Assembly (NCBI GenBank): GCA_015486845.1
Contig: WFQU01000020.1
Span: 13,214 to 77,213 of the forward strand
Length of the DNA stretch: 64,000 bases
Origin: Anaerolineae bacterium
GTDB lineage: Bacteria; Chloroflexota; Anaerolineae; JAADDB01
Direction: 5' to 3'
Shown: positions 62,531 to 64,000 of the stretch, piece after piece
Layout: every line of letters begins with the position of its first letter
Numbering within the stretch: position 1 is the first letter of the stretch
Program-made: the position numbers and the translations under genes
Notes under the pieces: model-generated
Database searches by the model: none
What the model saw: the letters and a program-made list of their open reading frames with translations, nothing else
Told to the model about the DNA's origin: nothing

Positions 62531-62700
62531 CCGACGATTAGAAATCGCTGCCACAACTGCAAGACCTGCCTGCGCAGGTTGCCTGTTAATCGCCGTAGGG
62601 CGATTTTGTAGATGTTGCCGTGACTTTTAGTCACTGGGCCCATCAGCCGTCATCAACCAACCCCATGCCTATCCCCGTAGCATGACTTCTCAAGCTTACC
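62531..62700 (+). repeat. R1 repeat, full-length copy d
   Basis: CCGACGATTAGAAATCGCTGCCACAACTGCAAGACCTGCCTGCGCAGGTTGCCTGTTAATCGCCGTAGGGCGATTTTGTAGATGTTGCCGTGACTTTTAGTCACTGGGCCCATCAGCCGTCATCAACC...GCATGACTTCTCAAGC. Confidence 0.8.
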
Positions 62701-62860
62701 CTGAAAATAGCCCCCAGGCCCCAAATTCTAGGAGGGGTGTTGATCCCCCCAAGGTTGGGGGATAGGGGGCGCGTTTTTAGCCGCTGTGATGTGCCTGTCT
62801 GCGTGCTCGCACAGGCAGGCCGCCGGCCCATGCCGACTCCTCTCTATACAATGAAATATG
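62700..62860. repeat. R2-related fragment
   Basis: CCGCTGTGATGTGCCTGTCTGCGTGCTCGCACAGGCAGGCCGCCGGCCCATGCCGACTCCTC matches module ends found in both R2 copies. The hairpins CCCCCCAAGGTTGGGGG and GGGGTGTTGATCCCCC are present. Confidence 0.5.
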
Positions 62861-62895
62861 AATTGTAATGGTGTAGCCCCGGTTAACATAGAATA

Positions 62896-62977
62896 CTGAT
62901 GACACAGATAAATCAGAAAAGATCAGCGAAAATCCACGTTACCTGTGTCTTATAGTTAGAAGGGGTGAGTAGCCACC
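62896..62977 (-). repeat. R3 element copy D
   Basis: The minus strand reads GGTGGCTACTCACCCCTTCTAACTATAAGACACAGG...GGATTTTCGCTGATCTTTTCTGATTTATCTGTGTCATCAG. Confidence 0.6.
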
Positions 62978-63005
62978 ATGAATTTACACAAGACCGGCGC
63001 ACATC

Positions 63006-64000
63006 TTAAACCAGCCCGGTAACAATACTCCATAAAGACTTCGTGGCGTCCACGATATCCTGAATATCGATATGCTCTTTAGGCGTATGCACGGCACTCA
63101 TGCCAGTGCTGATGACGACCATGGTCAAACCTTTGCTGTTGAAAATGTTGGCGTCGCTGCCGCCGCCTGATTTTTCTAACCGGGGTTCAAACCCCGCTGC
63201 AGCCATACGTCCTGCCAAATAGGCAATCCACGGATGGCCGGCGCTGAAATGGTAACCGTTGTACTCCCGGGTCACTTGCACGTCCACCTGGGCGCTGCGC
63301 AGGGACGCGGCACATTGCCACGCCTGGCGCATTTTCTCCGTTTGCACCGCCAATTTTGTTTCGTCCAAACTGCGCGCTTCGCTTTTGGCGTAAAGGGATG
63401 CCGTAACGATATTCGTGGCAGTGCCACCTTTGATAATACCTACATTGGCGGTGGTTTCCGGGTCGATACGGCCTAATGCCATCAAATTGATGGCCGTGGC
63501 CGCCACTTCGATGGCGCTAATGCCATTTTCTGGCTCGGCCCCGGCATGGCTGCTCTTGCCGGTCACCCGAATCTCGTGATTATCCTGAAACGGCGCAGCC
63601 ACGACGATGCTGCCGATGGGTCCGCCTTCGTCGAGAACGACCCCTTTGCGGCCGACTAACTTTGTTGTGTCGAAATGTCGGGCACCCACTAAGCCGATTT
63701 CCTCGCTGACGGTGAAAAGAACTTCCAGCGCCGGCTGTTGCGCCGCCGGCACATTTTGCAGCATCCGCAGCACTTCCAGGATCACTGCCACGCCGGATTT
63801 GTCATCGCCGCCCAAAATCGTCGTGCCGTCGCTGTAAATTACGCCCTCTTTGATCATCGGTTTGATGCCCGTATCCTGCCCCACTGTATCCATGTGGGCG
63901 TTGAGGATAATCGGTTCGCCCTGTCCGGCAAACCGCCCCAACACATTGCCCATGGCATCCCGCTCCACCCGGCCGCCCAAAGCTGTCAATGCTGCGGCCA
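63006..64000 (-). CDS. M20/M42-type metallopeptidase (peptidase T-like), 5' end beyond window
   Basis: The metal-binding motifs NAHMDTVG and GGDDKSGVA are present. The ORF is still open at the window edge. Confidence 0.65.
   Translation of the reverse strand, partial: AAALTALGGRVERDAMGNVLGRFAGQGEPIILNAHMDTVGQDTGIKPMIKEGVIYSDGTTILGGDDKSGVAVILEVLRMLQNVPAAQQPALEVLFTVSEEIGLVGARHFDTTKLVGRKGVVLDEGGPIGSIVVAAPFQDNHEIRVTGKSSHAGAEPENGISAIEVAATAINLMALGRIDPETTANVGIIKGGTATNIVTASLYAKSEARSLDETKLAVQTEKMRQAWQCAASLRSAQVDVQVTREYNGYHFSAGHPWIAYLAGRMAAAGFEPRLEKSGGGSDANIFNSKGLTMVVISTGMSAVHTPKEHIDIQDIVDATKSLWSIVTGLV

Overview
This 64 kb window is a GC-rich (~57%) bacterial chromosomal segment made up almost entirely of housekeeping genes. 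PT-rich linkers, PPC domains and the overall gene complement suggest a Chloroflexota-like organism, but I hold that guess with low confidence.

Recognisable operons and genes:
- A probable GDP-D-rhamnose trio (rmd, gmd, manB).
- A SAM-recycling operon (adenosine kinase, ahcY, metK) with a SAM-I riboswitch and terminator in its leader.
- Divergent tRNA-Thr and tRNA-Gly genes with canonical promoters.
- A heterodimeric ABC exporter pair.
- Two ECF sigma / anti-sigma pairs.
- ksgA, murJ, recF, a ROK glucokinase and ychF.
- The cell-shape cluster mreB, mreC, mreD, mrdA.
- A lysK/lysJ (argE/argD-like) pair.
- ybaK, a 2H phosphoesterase, glgP, gatB, a dapA-family gene, aminotransferases and an rlmD-family methyltransferase.

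The unusual content sits in the intergenic DNA. At least three families of dispersed, hairpin-rich repeats recur throughout the window.
- R1 (~170 nt, REP/MITE-like): six copies.
- R2 (450-650 nt mosaic of multi-hairpin modules): two large inverted copies plus fragments, each lying in the 5' region of a gene.
- R3 (~95 nt conserved module): seven copies. Six lie 20-50 nt upstream of start codons and point toward the downstream gene, which makes them candidate shared promoter or leader elements.

One ECF sigma / anti-sigma locus carries an anti-sigma factor with a ~300 aa domain built from near-identical 42 bp tandem repeats. It is divergent from a secreted protein with 45 bp tandem repeats, across an AT-rich intergenic region. 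I read this as a candidate variable surface or signalling locus. No CRISPR array, prophage or obvious mobile-element gene is present.
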